A stretch of DNA of 61,858 nucleotides, counting the filler, from Asterionella formosa (taxonomy: Eukaryota), in assembly GCA_002256025.1 (NCBI GenBank). It is 14 parts of 14 records of this genome, joined end to end, with 100 filler letters (N's around TTAATTAATTAA, not from the genome) between each part and the next. Parts side by side here need not be neighbours in the genome. Positions count along the whole stretch, not along the records: positions 57,553 to 61,858 come from NKIB01013600.1; 13 more parts are not named here. One strand, 5' to 3'. Position 1 is the stretch's first letter; every line of letters starts with the position of its first letter. A program made the position numbers and the translations under genes. The notes under the pieces are model-generated. The model was not told where the DNA came from and made no database searches. It was given only the letters and a program-made list of their open reading frames with translations. Of the stretch, positions 60,223 through 61,858 are shown one piece after another.

Positions 60223-61305
60223 ATGAAGTATGTCCACACCTCGACCGCCGGTATCACTATCTCAGTAGTCCTGCTTCTCACTTCGCAATCATTATCATCT
60301 TTGGCCTTTTCCGTTCCCCCACCTCTGGTCGAGTTTACTCTAGGCGCCATTGCTGGCGGCGCTGGAGCATTCGCAGCGTACCCCTTCGACTACATCAAAT
60401 CGCAAATGCAGACGGAAGTAGGCAAGGCCAAGTACAAGAATGGATTTGAATGTTTCATGGATACCATCCAACACGAGGGTCCCCTGCAGTTGTATCGTGG
60501 CGCAGCTGTAACAACGATTGGCAATGCACCAGAAAAGGCTCTCAAGTTGCATTCGCATGACATTGCCAAGGCCATGTTACTTGCTCACAGCGGGACTGGT
60601 GTTGGGGGCACCATCTCGTTGGGGAATGAAATATTGGCTGGTGTTATTGCGGGGGTGTGTCAAGTTGTCCTCACGTCACCACTAGAAACAGTCAAGGTGG
60701 CCTTGCAAACATCAGACTTGACCATGAAGGAAGTGATGCAAGAGATTGGTGGCCTCCCTGGTCTGTTCAAGGGATCAGAAGCGTGCATTGCTCGGGATGT
60801 TGTCTTTAATGCCATTTTGTTTCCTGTCTATAGTCATTTACGAGTTGATATGCCAGATTACATGGCAGGGTCGATGGCAGGAGTCGCGGCCACCTTTACG
60901 GCCACTCCAACGGATGTTGTCAAGACACGAATTCTCAGTCAAGATGCCTGTGCCAGACTGCGGCGAACTCGAAATGATGCGACTACTTTAACTACTGTTG
61001 CTGCTACAACACTGGTGTTCGCCTCCTCCTCCCAACCAAGGCTTACAACAGCCACTGCCATGGCGGCAACGAAAACGGACAATGCAGAGGGAGACGTGTA
61101 TAGCAGCAAGTATGAAGGTGAGAACGACTACTTATCGGATAGAAACCCATTTGTTGTGGCGTACAAACTTGCAGAGAAGGAAGGACGTATGGTACTCTTT
61201 AGCGGAGTGTTGGAGCGATGCGTAGGGTCCATTCCAAGATTTGGTTTGACTCTTTCGCTGCATGACGCATTAAAAACTATGGCACTACATCATCATTGGA
61301 TATAG
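60223..61305 (+). CDS. Tandem paralog: intronless citrin-like carrier with signal peptide
   Basis: MKYVHTSTAGITISVVLLLTSQSLSSLA|FSVP; YPFDYIKSQMQ, LYRG...GNAPEKALKL, SPLETVK, TPTDVVKTRI, ERCVGSIPRFGLTL. Confidence 0.9.
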   Translation: MKYVHTSTAGITISVVLLLTSQSLSSLAFSVPPPLVEFTLGAIAGGAGAFAAYPFDYIKSQMQTEVGKAKYKNGFECFMDTIQHEGPLQLYRGAAVTTIGNAPEKALKLHSHDIAKAMLLAHSGTGVGGTISLGNEILAGVIAGVCQVVLTSPLETVKVALQTSDLTMKEVMQEIGGLPGLFKGSEACIARDVVFNAILFPVYSHLRVDMPDYMAGSMAGVAATFTATPTDVVKTRILSQDACARLRRTRNDATTLTTVAATTLVFASSSQPRLTTATAMAATKTDNAEGDVYSSKYEGENDYLSDRNPFVVAYKLAEKEGRMVLFSGVLERCVGSIPRFGLTLSLHDALKTMALHHHWI

Positions 61306-61514
61306 TGAAACAACAGCAAATCCAAAGGTAGCAAAGTGTAAATAGTAAAAGCTATCGATGATGTCTCTCTTGAACACCACCTTAGTTGTTGACGTTTCAT
61401 TTCCATCGACTTTATGTTTGACAATAGGACAGGTTGTATGGGGCATCGCCGCAAAGGCGCACACCATGATTATTCGTTATGCAAATATATAATGTGTACG
61501 TACATCCATCGTAC

Positions 61515-61816
61515 TCAACGATCTTCTGTATTGGGTACCCACTCACCAAACATTTTTTCAAAATCTCGTTGAGCTTGATCACCCAAATCATCAAAGAATC
61601 CCCGATCCTTGTCCCAATCATATCCAGGAATGAATCGATTGGTCGTGCGAGGTGTTTTCATTGGATCAGCTAGTTTCCCGTCACCCCATGCCAAACGTTT
61701 GGCATTGTTGGCATTTTCGGAAAACAAATCCAGATTGGAATTTTGAAATTGATACATGTTTAACAGTTCTTCCAATTCAGGAATACTCCCACCTTCCACA
61801 CGAGCCACGCGATTTC
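61515..61816 (-). CDS. Last exon of an unidentified gene
   Basis: Open frame ...GSIPELEELLNMYQFQ...PGYDWDKDRGFFDDLGDQAQRDFEKMFGEW..., preceded by an acceptor-like TTTCAACTCCAG and an in-frame stop further upstream. Confidence 0.55.
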
Positions 61817-61858
61817 CTGGAGTTGAAACATGAATTCGTATAGATTTAGATATTCAAA

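Overview
Eukaryotic DNA, most likely from a diatom (inferred from short GT-AG introns, CoDi-type Ty1/copia fragments, RxL motifs and 'AF' signal-peptide cleavage sites). The window is not one locus. It is 14 unrelated scaffolds of about 4.3 kb, sorted by decreasing length (4340 to 4306 bp) and joined by an artificial 100-nt spacer (N44-TTAATTAATTAA-N44), so gene order across spacers means nothing. Recognisable host genes: an RRM + RapZ-C-like fusion, an S1/P1 nuclease, a secreted protein with 18 six-cysteine repeats, a mitochondrion-targeted SerC-type phosphoserine aminotransferase, a >1400-aa protein with a RelA/SpoT-like domain split by an intron, GCNA/SprT, NAA50, a class-3 lipase, and two tandem citrin-like carriers with signal peptides. 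Much of the rest is CpG-depleted transposon debris (Copia, LINE, DIRS-like, Kolobok-like, Plavaka-like, Tc1-like, MITEs). The best leads are the RelA/SpoT-like protein, the RRM-RapZ-C fusion, the Cys/His repeat protein, the signal-peptide carriers with an internal transit-peptide-like loop, and dense GGTACC/TACCAGG/TACCGGTA clusters in intergenic DNA. All family assignments come from motif recognition by eye; no searches were run.
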